DNA of 64,000 nucleotides, from the NCBI GenBank assembly GCA_024639145.1, contig JAHEIZ010000008.1, positions 11,754-75,753 on the forward strand, read 5' to 3'. The notes beneath the pieces are model-generated. The model saw only the letters and a list, made by a program, of their open reading frames with translations. It did not search any database and was not told where the DNA came from. Positions 19,204 through 28,072 of this stretch are shown piece by piece. Positions within the stretch are counted from its first letter, which is position 1; each line of letters opens with the position of its first letter. The translations under genes and the position numbers were made by a program. This DNA is from Actinomycetes bacterium. GTDB lineage: Bacteria > Actinomycetota > Actinomycetes > S36-B12.

Positions 19204-20034
19204 TTGCCATTGCTCGACAAAACGGAAGGTACGACCACGGTGAAGTTCCTGGCCGCAAGACGGCGCAGCCCCCTGGCTGCCGTTGCCATGCTGCTGATCG
19301 CGCTCATCGGCATCGGTGCCGGCTACGCGGTCATCGCGAATGCCCGCCCTGCAGAGGCCGCGGCAGTCGCGAGCAGCGAAACCCAGGTCGAGCAGGGCAA
19401 GCGTCTCTACCTCGAGGGCTGCTCCTCTTGCCACGGCATGCAGTCGCAGGGCACGTCGCAGGGCCCGACCCTCGTTGGCGTCGGCGCCGCATCGGTGGAC
19501 TTCCAGGTGAGCAGTGGTCGCATGCCGATGGCGATGCCCGGCGCCCAGGCCGTGGCACGCGACCCCGCGCAATACACCGATGAGCAGATCGCCGCGATGG
19601 CCGCCTACGTCGCCTCGCTCGCACCTGGTCCGGCAATCCCGACCGAGGAAGACGTCAACTTCGAGAATGCCGATGCGGCACAGGGCGGCGTGCTCTTCCG
19701 CACCAACTGCTCGCAGTGCCATCAGGCAGCCGGCCAGGGCGGCGCCCTGACCCAGGGCAAGTACGCCCCCAGCCTGATGCAGGTCGAGCCCAAGGAAATT
19801 TACGAGGCCATGATCACCGGGCCGCAGAGCATGCCGGTGTTCAGCAACGCCACGATCCCCACCAAGGACAAGCAGGCGATCATCAAGTACATCGATACGC
19901 TGCAGACCCTCCCCGACCCGGGCGGACTCGCCCTCGGTCGCCTGGGCCCGGTGCCTGAGACCGTCTTCCTCTGGACCGCCGTCTTCGCCGCTCTCATCGG
20001 AGTGGCCATCTGGATCGGAATCAAGGCACGATGA
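19204..20034 (+). CDS. qcrC: Cytochrome bc1 complex diheme cytochrome c subunit
   Basis: Two heme-c sites, CSSCHG and CSQCHQ, plus a C-terminal TM helix. GTG 19240 (preceded by GGAAGG) is an alternative start. Confidence 0.9.
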   Translation: MPLLDKTEGTTTVKFLAARRRSPLAAVAMLLIALIGIGAGYAVIANARPAEAAAVASSETQVEQGKRLYLEGCSSCHGMQSQGTSQGPTLVGVGAASVDFQVSSGRMPMAMPGAQAVARDPAQYTDEQIAAMAAYVASLAPGPAIPTEEDVNFENADAAQGGVLFRTNCSQCHQAAGQGGALTQGKYAPSLMQVEPKEIYEAMITGPQSMPVFSNATIPTKDKQAIIKYIDTLQTLPDPGGLALGRLGPVPETVFLWTAVFAALIGVAIWIGIKAR

Positions 20035-21077
20035 GCGACCACAGCAGCCCCGAGTCCCATGAGAATGTTCCGGCGAAGCTCGGCTACTCCCCCGTGGCCG
20101 ATATCGAGCACAAGCCCCGCTTGACCGATACCGATCCCAAGGCAGCGCGTCGTGCCGAGCGCCAGGTCGCGACCATGTTCGTCCTGTCGATCCTGCTGGT
20201 CATCGCTTTCGTGGTGGCCTACATCGGCATCGATAAGTCGACCATCGTCTACATCCCGCTCTTCGGCGAGGTCGGCGCTCTGAACTTCGCCCTCGGCCTA
20301 TGCATGGGCCTGGGCGTCTTCCTGATCGGCGCCGGCGCGATCCAGTGGGCCAAGAAGCTCATGCCCGATACCGAGGTTGTCGCCCAGCGTCACGAAATGG
20401 CATCTCCCGAAGCCGCCACCGAAGAGGCGGAGGCGAACTACCAGCGTGGCAAGACCGAGTCGGGCTTCGCCCAGTACAAGATCATCCGTCGCACGCTGAT
20501 CGGCGCGCTGGCGCTCTTCCCGATCCCGCTCGTGATCATGCTGCGCGATCTGTGGTCGACGCCGGCCGGTAGCCCGAGCCCGGATGCGATCCTCTCGAAG
20601 ACGCTGTGGAAGAAGGGCGAGCGCATTGTCGTCGACGGCACCTACGTGCCCGTCAAGGCCGAGGATCTCCCCGTCGGTGGCCTCATCTCCGCCGTTCCTG
20701 CCGATCTGCTCGAGGTCGAGGAGGCCGAGGGCAACCTCAACGCCCGCGGCAAGGCAGCGATCATCGTGATCCGCATGGATCCCAGCGACATTCGCTCGCA
20801 GCAGGGCGATGGCTGGGATTACCAGGGCATCCTGGCGTTCTCCAAGATCTGCACCCACGTGGGCTGCCCGATTGCTCTGTACGAGCAGCGCACGCATCAT
20901 CTGCTGTGCCCGTGCCATCAGTCGACCTTTGACCTTGCCGACTCCGGCAATGTCGTGTTCGGCCCGGCCGCACGTCGCATGCCGCAGTTGCCGATTGGCG
21001 TGGATGCGGAAGGCTATCTCGTAGCAATGTCTGACTTCGCCGAGCCCATCGGCCCGAGTTTCTGGGAGCGTGGATGA
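20031..21077 (+). CDS. qcrA: Cytochrome bc1 complex Rieske iron-sulfur subunit
   Basis: Rieske motifs CTHVGCP and CPCHQS. ATGA overlap with qcrC. Confidence 0.9.
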   Translation: MSDHSSPESHENVPAKLGYSPVADIEHKPRLTDTDPKAARRAERQVATMFVLSILLVIAFVVAYIGIDKSTIVYIPLFGEVGALNFALGLCMGLGVFLIGAGAIQWAKKLMPDTEVVAQRHEMASPEAATEEAEANYQRGKTESGFAQYKIIRRTLIGALALFPIPLVIMLRDLWSTPAGSPSPDAILSKTLWKKGERIVVDGTYVPVKAEDLPVGGLISAVPADLLEVEEAEGNLNARGKAAIIVIRMDPSDIRSQQGDGWDYQGILAFSKICTHVGCPIALYEQRTHHLLCPCHQSTFDLADSGNVVFGPAARRMPQLPIGVDAEGYLVAMSDFAEPIGPSFWERG

Positions 21078-22819
21078 CCGCGACAAGTCCGGTTGAGCAG
21101 GTAGGCGGCGGCGTCGCCACATATGTCGACCAGCGCGTGGGCAGCAACAAGTTCCTCGCTCGCAACCTCGGCAAAGTCTTCCCCGACCACTGGTCCTTCA
21201 TGCTGGGCGAGATCGCCCTGTACAGCTTCATCGTCGTGCTGCTCACCGGCACGTTCCTGACGCTGTTCTTCAAGCCCTCCATGGTCGAGGTTCTCTATGA
21301 CGGCTCCTACGTGCCGCTCAAGGGAATCAAGATGTCGCAGGCCTACGCCTCGACCCTCGATATCTCCTTCGACGTGCGCGGCGGCCTCCTCCTTCGCCAG
21401 ATGCACCACTGGGCAGCACTGATCTTCATCGCCGCGATGAGCGTCCACATGTTCCGCGTGTTCTTCACGGGAGCCTTCCGCAAGCCGCGCGAGTTCAACT
21501 GGATCATCGGCGTCGTACTGGTGACCTTGGGCCTCGGCGCCGGATTCTCGGGTTACTCCCTTCCTGACGATCTGCTGTCAGGCACCGGCCTGCAGATCGC
21601 CCGCGGAATCATGCAGTCGATCCCGGTCATCGGCACCTGGATGGCCTTCCTTCTCTTCGACGGAGAATTCCCCGGCACCGAGTTCATCTCGCGCCTGTAC
21701 GCCGTACACATCCTGCTCATCCCGGGCCTGATCCTGGCGATGGTCACGATCCACCTCATGCTGGTCTGGACTCAGAAGCACACGCAGTTCCCCGGCCCGG
21801 GCCGCACCAACGACAACGTCGTCGGCTACCCGCTGCTCCCGGTCTACATGGCGAAGGCCGGCGGCTTCTTCTTCGTGGTGTTCGGCGTGATCGCCCTGAT
21901 CGGCGGCCTCGTGACGATCAACCCCATCTGGATCTTCGGGCCTTTCATGCCGGATCAAGTCAGCGCAGGTTCTCAGCCTGACTGGTATATCGGCTGGCTC
22001 GATGGCGCCCTGCGCACGATGCCGAACTGGGAGTCCACGCTCTTCGGATTCACGATCTCCTGGAACATCTTCGTTCCGGCAGTGATCATCCCCGGCATCA
22101 TCTTCACGGCGCTCGCCCTGTACCCATTCCTCGAGGCCTGGGTCACCGGCGACAAGAAGGAGCACCACCTCCTCGATCGTCCGCGCAATGCCCCGACTCG
22201 TACGGGCATCGGCGTCATGGCCCTGTCGTTCTACCTGCTCCTTTGGATCGGCGGCGGCAACGACATCATCGCGCTGACGTTCGGCATGTCGATCAACTCG
22301 ATCACCTGGTTCCTTCGCATCGCATTGTTCGTGGTGCCGCCGATCATGTTCGTGGTCACCCGACGCATCTGCCTCGGCCTGCAGCGTCGTGACCGCGACA
22401 AGCTGCTCCACGGCTACGAGTCAGGTCGCATTCTGCGCCTGCCGCATGGCGAGTTCATCGAGGTCCACCAGCCGATCAATGCCAAGGAATTGGCAGTGAT
22501 CACCGGCAAGACCGACATCGCTCCCCTGGCGCTTCCGCCGGCCACCGATGCCGATGGAGTGCGCAACAAGCACTTCCACGTCAAGAAGCTCCGTGCCAAG
22601 CTCAGCGGTTTCTTCTACTCGGAGAACGTCGCCCTGCCGACCGCCGCCGAGATCGAGGAAGGCCAGCATCACGCGGCTCACGACGCAGCGATCGAGGCTC
22701 CTCTTCACGCCTACGAAGACGCCGACCAGATCAACCGCGCCCATGGCGGCGTCCTGCATCACCCGGGCATGCCCGAGACGAACGCAGAGCAGCTCGCCAA
22801 CGACGGCGGTCACCTGTAA
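21074..22819 (+). CDS. qcrB: Cytochrome bc1 complex cytochrome b subunit
   Basis: 581 aa polytopic protein with conserved heme-ligand His pairs. ATGA overlap with qcrA. Confidence 0.9.
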   Translation: MTATSPVEQVGGGVATYVDQRVGSNKFLARNLGKVFPDHWSFMLGEIALYSFIVVLLTGTFLTLFFKPSMVEVLYDGSYVPLKGIKMSQAYASTLDISFDVRGGLLLRQMHHWAALIFIAAMSVHMFRVFFTGAFRKPREFNWIIGVVLVTLGLGAGFSGYSLPDDLLSGTGLQIARGIMQSIPVIGTWMAFLLFDGEFPGTEFISRLYAVHILLIPGLILAMVTIHLMLVWTQKHTQFPGPGRTNDNVVGYPLLPVYMAKAGGFFFVVFGVIALIGGLVTINPIWIFGPFMPDQVSAGSQPDWYIGWLDGALRTMPNWESTLFGFTISWNIFVPAVIIPGIIFTALALYPFLEAWVTGDKKEHHLLDRPRNAPTRTGIGVMALSFYLLLWIGGGNDIIALTFGMSINSITWFLRIALFVVPPIMFVVTRRICLGLQRRDRDKLLHGYESGRILRLPHGEFIEVHQPINAKELAVITGKTDIAPLALPPATDADGVRNKHFHVKKLRAKLSGFFYSENVALPTAAEIEEGQHHAAHDAAIEAPLHAYEDADQINRAHGGVLHHPGMPETNAEQLANDGGHL

Positions 22820-22831
22820 CGCTCGACCATT

Positions 22832-22862
22832 GCGAAAGGCCCGGCAATGCCGGGCCTTTCGC
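22832..22862. terminator. Bidirectional hairpin terminator between convergent qcrB and the P450 gene
   Basis: gcgaaaggcccggc / gccgggcctttcgc forms a perfect 14-bp stem with a 3-nt loop. Confidence 0.7.
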
Positions 22863-22873
22863 ATGTCCGGGGC

Positions 22874-24055
22874 CTACCAGCGCACATGCAGTGAGGCAGG
22901 AGCCCGGAACTCCCAGCCCCTGAACTCGACCTCGTAGTCGTCATCGAGCCGAAGTTCGGGCATTGCCTCGACCAACAGGCGCAGGGCAATGGCCTCCTGG
23001 CCTCTCGCGAAGGCATGGCCCGCGCAGAAGTGCGGGCCATAACCGAAGGCAGCATTGGGTACCCGGGGGCGACGCACGTCGAACTCCTCGGCATTCTCAA
23101 AGACACTCTCATCGCGGCACGCACTCGAGACCAAGGCGCCGACCATGGCACCTGCCGGGATCAGCGCTCCCCCGATCTCGATGTCGTGCACGGCCTGACG
23201 AGTCTGCGTGCCGATCGGAGCGACCCAGCGCAGGCCCTCATGCACCGCGTCATCCCAGCGACGTGGATCCGCCCGCACCCAGGCCAGCTGGTCCGGGTGA
23301 CACAGGAGTCCGTACAGCGTGCTGCCGGCACTATGGCCGGGCTCCTGCATGCCTCCGAGCAGGATCACCTTGAGCGACGGCATCACGTGGTCGATCGTGC
23401 GCGGCTGACCGACCGGGCAGCCGCTGGTGAGCATCGACGCGATCGTCGAGTCATCGGGCTCGCGCTGCAGCTCGGTCATATAGGGACGGAGCTCCGCGTC
23501 GATCAGCGCGGCGGTCTCGTCGTTGATCCGCTGCTTCTCGGGATCACGCTCGAAGTTGATCGCGCCCATGGCCAGGCCATGGAACCACTCCTGGAGGGTG
23601 TCGGCGCTGAGGTGCCCGACTCCGAGGACGGCACCGAGGCTCAGCACGGAGATCGGCTCGAAGTAGTCGTGCATGAGATCGGCTCGGCGATCCTCACGTC
23701 CCAGAAGCGCTGCGAGGGCAACCTCGGCGATGGGGGTCACGAGATCATCGATGTAACCCGCGACCACGCGCGGCCTGTATTTCGCGTCGAGACTGCGGCG
23801 CAGGTCGAGGTGGGGCTCACCATCGAGGGTCATCAGGGTCGGCCCGCCGAACGAGCGATCGATAGGGCCGTCCTCGACCGTCGCCGTGAAATGCTCAGGA
23901 TGGGTGGTCACGTACTCGACATCAGCCGCTCGGGTGACCATCCACATGTTCACCGCGGGCACGTAGGCCACCGGCCGCTCGCGACGCAGGTAGGCGTAGA
24001 ACGGGTAAGGGTCAGCGTCGAGCTGCTCGACGGTGATCGTGGCTTCGAGGGACAT
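22874..24055 (-). CDS. Cytochrome P450 monooxygenase
   Basis: 393 aa. Heme-thiolate loop FGYGPHFCAGHAFA, and EXXR as HEGLRW. The I-helix reads GGMQEPG. Confidence 0.85.
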   Translation of the reverse strand: MSLEATITVEQLDADPYPFYAYLRRERPVAYVPAVNMWMVTRAADVEYVTTHPEHFTATVEDGPIDRSFGGPTLMTLDGEPHLDLRRSLDAKYRPRVVAGYIDDLVTPIAEVALAALLGREDRRADLMHDYFEPISVLSLGAVLGVGHLSADTLQEWFHGLAMGAINFERDPEKQRINDETAALIDAELRPYMTELQREPDDSTIASMLTSGCPVGQPRTIDHVMPSLKVILLGGMQEPGHSAGSTLYGLLCHPDQLAWVRADPRRWDDAVHEGLRWVAPIGTQTRQAVHDIEIGGALIPAGAMVGALVSSACRDESVFENAEEFDVRRPRVPNAAFGYGPHFCAGHAFARGQEAIALRLLVEAMPELRLDDDYEVEFRGWEFRAPASLHVRW

Positions 24056-24134
24056 TCGTTTACCTCCGAAACGATCCTAGGGATCGGGAGCCGACACGTC
24101 CCGGACTTGACAGGTCTGGCAGAGTGGAGGCCCC

Positions 24135-26291
24135 ATGAGCGACGCCCTTGAATCCGAGCAGCGGAATGTCACCGCGTTCTACGAGCTGCTCGATTCCTAT
24201 ACCGAGCACGTGATCGAGCGCATCGACAAGACCGCCTCGGCACCGTCCACGGGTACTGGCCAGGACACCGTCGAACGCCAGGCCGAGATCGACCACTGGA
24301 GCACCCAACTGCGCTCCGCACGTGCCGCAGCCGATCGCCTCGCCTTCGGTCGCGTTGATCTCGACGTCAACGGTCACACCGAGATCCGCCACATCGGCCG
24401 GATGGGGCTTCGCGACTCCGAGGGAAATCCGGTGCTTCTCGACTGGCGCGCGCCGACCGCGGCAGGTTTCTACCAGGCCACCGCACTTCAGCCGATGGGC
24501 GTTTCGCTCCGCCGTCGCATCATCACGCGCGGCCGCACCGTGACCCACATCGACGACGAGGACCTCCTCGATCCGGTGCACGATGTCACTGATGCGGCAG
24601 CCGCCTCTGTCGAGGCACCGCGCGAAGGTCGCATGGGCGACATCGTGGCAACCATCGCCGCCGATCAGGACTCCATCGTGCGCAGCCCCTTGTCGCAGAT
24701 CACCATCGTCGAGGGCGGGCCCGGCACCGGCAAGACGGTCGTCGCCCTTCACCGGGCGGCCTGGCTGCTGTATACCTATCGCGATCAGCTCGCCCGTGAT
24801 GGCGTGCTCATCGTCGGCCCCTCGGGGGCCTTTCTCCACTACATCGACCAAGTACTGCCCAGCCTGGGCGAGACCGATGTCGTGCTCTTGACCCCGGGCC
24901 AGCTTTACCCGGCCGTCAACGCCACCCAATACGACGATGCAGCTGCCTCAGCCATCAAGGGCAGCACTCGGATGATCCAGGTGATCGCCGCAGCCCTCGA
25001 CTCGATGATCCGCATCCCGTCGACCGATGTCACGATCGACCTCGAGGACGGCAGCAGCGTGCGCATCACGGCTAAGCAGCTGGCCGAGGCCCGCAGGCAG
25101 GTTCCGAAGGATGCCTCCTTCCACGAGGGCCGTGAGCCCTTCCTGGAGAAGGCTCTGCAGCACCTCTGCCGCTTCAGGGCACGCCAGCGCGGCTGGGACG
25201 AGCGTGATGCGGATATCCGTGCCGATGTGCTCGCCGATCTCACCGGCGATCGCCACGTGCGCCGAGTACTGAACCTGATGTGGATGCCCAGTGGCCCCGA
25301 GCGACTGATCTCGCGCCTGCTCGAGGATCCTGCCTTTCTCGCCGTCGCCGCGAAGGGGATTCTCAGCCGCGATGAGCAGCGCACCCTCCTGGCCGCTCGT
25401 CTCGAGCGGCCGAACTGGACTGTCGACGATGCTGCACTTCTCGATGAGGCGGCCGAACAGTTGGGTCCGTGGGATCCGGAAGCTCGCATGGTGGAGGCGC
25501 AGGCGAAGCGCGAGCGTGCCGCTGAGGTGGAGCACGCCTCGCAGTCCCTGAGCTCCCTGGGCATGGGTGCATGGATCTCAGCCGATCGACTGGCCGACCG
25601 CAGCCTGAGCTCGACCACGCGTCTCAGCGTTGCCGAGCGGGCCCTGAACGACCGCACGTGGACCTACGGGCACGTCATCGTCGATGAGGCTCAGGAACTC
25701 TCGCCAATGGCCTGGCATTGCCTCTCGCGCCGCACGAACCGCATCTCGATGACAGTCGTCGGTGATCTCCAGCAGACCACTCATGCTGCCGGAGTCACCT
25801 CGTGGGATGACGTGTTCACCTGGGCCACTGGCCGTACCGACCTGCACACCCTGACCATCACCTACCGCATCACCCGTCAGACGGCGGCCAAGGCAGCTGA
25901 GTTGCTCGCGCGATTCGGCGGAACTCCCCCGGTACTGCACGCCGTGCGCGATGGCGAGGAGCCGATCAAGGCCGACTGCGGGGCCTCGGAACTCACGTCG
26001 TACGTGCTCACATCGATCGGCGACGCGGAGGGCCGCTACGCAGTGATCGTCCCCGACGCCGAGCGAGATGCGTATGCGGCTCTGCTCGACGGCCCGGAGT
26101 TCAGCGCGGGCGAGGATGCCCTCGACGCGACGGTTGCGGTGCTCACCGCCCGCGAGACCAAGGGCCTCGAGTTCGACATCGTGTTCGTTATTGATCCCGA
26201 TGCCATCGGCCGCCAGACGGTGCGCGGTTCAGATCTCTACGTGGCAGCGACGCGGGCGACACATCGCCTGCACCTGGTCACGATCTCCTAG
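24135..26291 (+). CDS. helD: HelD-like (UvrD/Rep superfamily 1) helicase-like ATPase, RNA-polymerase-associated type
   Basis: 718 aa. The N-terminal region FGRVD...IGRMGL...LLDWRAP...FYQAT is typical of actinobacterial HelD. Walker A is GGPGTGKT, and the C-terminus has ETKGLEFD and VAATRATHRL. Confidence 0.7.
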   Translation: MSDALESEQRNVTAFYELLDSYTEHVIERIDKTASAPSTGTGQDTVERQAEIDHWSTQLRSARAAADRLAFGRVDLDVNGHTEIRHIGRMGLRDSEGNPVLLDWRAPTAAGFYQATALQPMGVSLRRRIITRGRTVTHIDDEDLLDPVHDVTDAAAASVEAPREGRMGDIVATIAADQDSIVRSPLSQITIVEGGPGTGKTVVALHRAAWLLYTYRDQLARDGVLIVGPSGAFLHYIDQVLPSLGETDVVLLTPGQLYPAVNATQYDDAAASAIKGSTRMIQVIAAALDSMIRIPSTDVTIDLEDGSSVRITAKQLAEARRQVPKDASFHEGREPFLEKALQHLCRFRARQRGWDERDADIRADVLADLTGDRHVRRVLNLMWMPSGPERLISRLLEDPAFLAVAAKGILSRDEQRTLLAARLERPNWTVDDAALLDEAAEQLGPWDPEARMVEAQAKRERAAEVEHASQSLSSLGMGAWISADRLADRSLSSTTRLSVAERALNDRTWTYGHVIVDEAQELSPMAWHCLSRRTNRISMTVVGDLQQTTHAAGVTSWDDVFTWATGRTDLHTLTITYRITRQTAAKAAELLARFGGTPPVLHAVRDGEEPIKADCGASELTSYVLTSIGDAEGRYAVIVPDAERDAYAALLDGPEFSAGEDALDATVAVLTARETKGLEFDIVFVIDPDAIGRQTVRGSDLYVAATRATHRLHLVTIS

Positions 26292-27586
26292 GCTGCGGAA
26301 GCCGACGCGCTCGCACTGGGCGACGCGCTCGGCTCAGCACTAGCCGAGGCACTGTCGCTCGGCTCAGGGGTCGTCGACGAACCTGCGAGGGATGAATCAG
26401 CGGTTGTCCAGACCGGGCCCGTGGCCGAGTGCGCGAGCCACTGACTCCAGCTCTCAGTCCAGACGGTGATGCCATTGCCGAGATTCTGCGGTACGCCGGT
26501 ACCAGTGATCTCCACGACATCGCCCAGGCTCGAAAGGTCAAAGAGCCACTGTGCGTTGGCCGTGCTCATGCCCACGCACCCATGGCTGACGTTCGCGCGA
26601 CCCTGGGATCCGACGGACCATGGAGCCGCGTGCAAGAACTCGCCTGATGACGTAATGCGCATCGCGTGGCGCACCTCGAGCCTGTAGTACTCGGGGTCAT
26701 TCGTATCGGTGCCACCCGTGGCCGCATCCATGATGCGCGTGGGTTCCTTGGTGGTGATGACCAGGATCCCCGAGCGAGTCTCGAAGCCCGGCTTGCCCGT
26801 CGTGATCGGAATCGTGCGTATTCGTTGTCCGTCACGGAAGACCGTTGCGGTGTGCTTCATGGCATCGACCTTGGTGACCATTGATACACCGGTGGTGAAT
26901 GACGTGGAAAGGTTGCTCTCGCCGAATACTCCGCGCTTCGCGCGCACGCCCATCAGGTTGAGGTCTACCTGCACGGGCGTATTGCTCGGCCAGTACTTCG
27001 CCGGACGAAAGACCACCGTGGTCGACGACTTCCAGGACCATGCACCTTCAAGAGAGATGGGAGTGCGCACAACCAGGGCGTTCTCGACGGCGGCGCGGTC
27101 CTTGATCGACTGATCGAAGGTCACGGTGATGGGCGTGCCTACGCCGACAACCGCGCCGTTCTCCGGAGTGACGTGACCGGTGAAGAGTGCATGCGGATCA
27201 ATTGTCCGAAAGCTGCTCGTGGTCTCGACCGGCACACCTCGGGTGTCGACGGCACGAGCGTGCACCTGATACTCGGTCGCATACTTCAGCCCGGTGGTCT
27301 GTGCTACCCAGGTGCGGCCATCTGCGGAGAGTTCGCCGGCCACCTCGCCCTTGGGCCCGGTGATGCTGACCTCGGCCAATCGGCCGCCGTCAGCGGTGAT
27401 CTGAAGTGGCTGCCCCAGCTGGACCGGCTGGGTGATCTCGGCGTTGATCGTTGCCGACGACGTGGTCGGCTTGGTCGCCGTGGTCAGGTCGAGTGTCGGG
27501 GCGAGTCCCTGCACTGCACTGCAGCCGCTCACGAGCGCCACCACGGCACCGGCAATCAGTGCAGTACGAAAGGCGGGGGCAGGCAT
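26288..27586 (-). CDS. L,D-transpeptidase lipoprotein (YkuD domain with N-terminal Ig-like domains)
   Basis: 432 aa. Lipobox LVSGC, catalytic motif SHGCVGMS, and a Ser/Ala/Pro-rich C-terminal tail. Confidence 0.85.
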   Translation of the reverse strand: MPAPAFRTALIAGAVVALVSGCSAVQGLAPTLDLTTATKPTTSSATINAEITQPVQLGQPLQITADGGRLAEVSITGPKGEVAGELSADGRTWVAQTTGLKYATEYQVHARAVDTRGVPVETTSSFRTIDPHALFTGHVTPENGAVVGVGTPITVTFDQSIKDRAAVENALVVRTPISLEGAWSWKSSTTVVFRPAKYWPSNTPVQVDLNLMGVRAKRGVFGESNLSTSFTTGVSMVTKVDAMKHTATVFRDGQRIRTIPITTGKPGFETRSGILVITTKEPTRIMDAATGGTDTNDPEYYRLEVRHAMRITSSGEFLHAAPWSVGSQGRANVSHGCVGMSTANAQWLFDLSSLGDVVEITGTGVPQNLGNGITVWTESWSQWLAHSATGPVWTTADSSLAGSSTTPEPSDSASASAEPSASPSASASASAA

Positions 27587-27649
27587 GAGTTCTCCACGGA
27601 AGCGTCGATCAGGTCGTCTTAAGGGTACGACGCGTGTGACGCATGGGAC

Positions 27650-27670
27650 GTTCCCCCGCGCGGGGGGAAC
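27650..27670 (-). terminator. Hairpin just downstream of ctaF (possible terminator of ctaCDF)
   Basis: gttccccc / gggggaac forms an 8-bp stem with a 5-nt loop, 7 nt after the ctaF stop. There is no clear U-tract. Confidence 0.35.
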
Positions 27671-27676
27671 TCGGTA

Positions 27677-28072
27677 CTAGTGGGCGAATTCACCGCGGTA
27701 GTACTCGAACATCCATCCCACGAGGGCAATCACGAGCAGGAAGACGCCGAAGACGATGATCCAGACGGCAAAAACCAGGCCGGCACCGATCACGGTGGCA
27801 CCGATGCCCACCATCAGGGGCCACCACGAGTGCGGGCTGAAGAAGCCGTACTCCGGGTCAGCCTCGTCGACCTCGGCATTCATGCGGTCTTCGGGGCGGG
27901 GGTACACGCGCTTGGACGTGTACAGCGTGTAGAAGGCCACCAGGAAGGCGAGCGCACCTGTCAGGGCAAGAGCAGTGGTACCGATCTGGTCACGACTGAA
28001 GTACCAGTAGATACCGGCTATGGCCAGGTAGAACGCCGAGCCGAGGGCGAAGAGGAGTCCTTCGATCTTCAC
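27677..28072 (-). CDS. ctaF: Cytochrome c oxidase subunit IV (actinobacterial CtaF)
   Basis: 131 aa starting [15 protein letters not shown]... from a GTG that overlaps the ctaD stop (GTGA). Four TM helices. The upstream 55 codons of the track ORF overlap ctaD and are rejected. Confidence 0.8.
   Translation of the reverse strand: MKIEGLLFALGSAFYLAIAGIYWYFSRDQIGTTALALTGALAFLVAFYTLYTSKRVYPRPEDRMNAEVDEADPEYGFFSPHSWWPLMVGIGATVIGAGLVFAVWIIVFGVFLLVIALVGWMFEYYRGEFAH

Noticed and set aside
24056-24134. Rifamycin-associated element (RAE) upstream of the HelD-like gene, which would mark it as a HelR-type resistance factor
   Set aside because: The spacer contains only a 6-3-6 inverted repeat (cgatcc-tag-ggatcg). 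I see no GC-rich inverted repeat of about 19 bp of the RAE type, so no resistance claim is made.
26291-26345. Short GC-rich repetitive tract (gctcggctcag... repeated) at the HelD/Ldt junction, superficially repeat-array-like
   Set aside because: It encodes the Ser/Ala/Pro-rich C-terminal tail (AEPSASPSASASASAA) of the L,D-transpeptidase. There is no spacer-repeat organisation.
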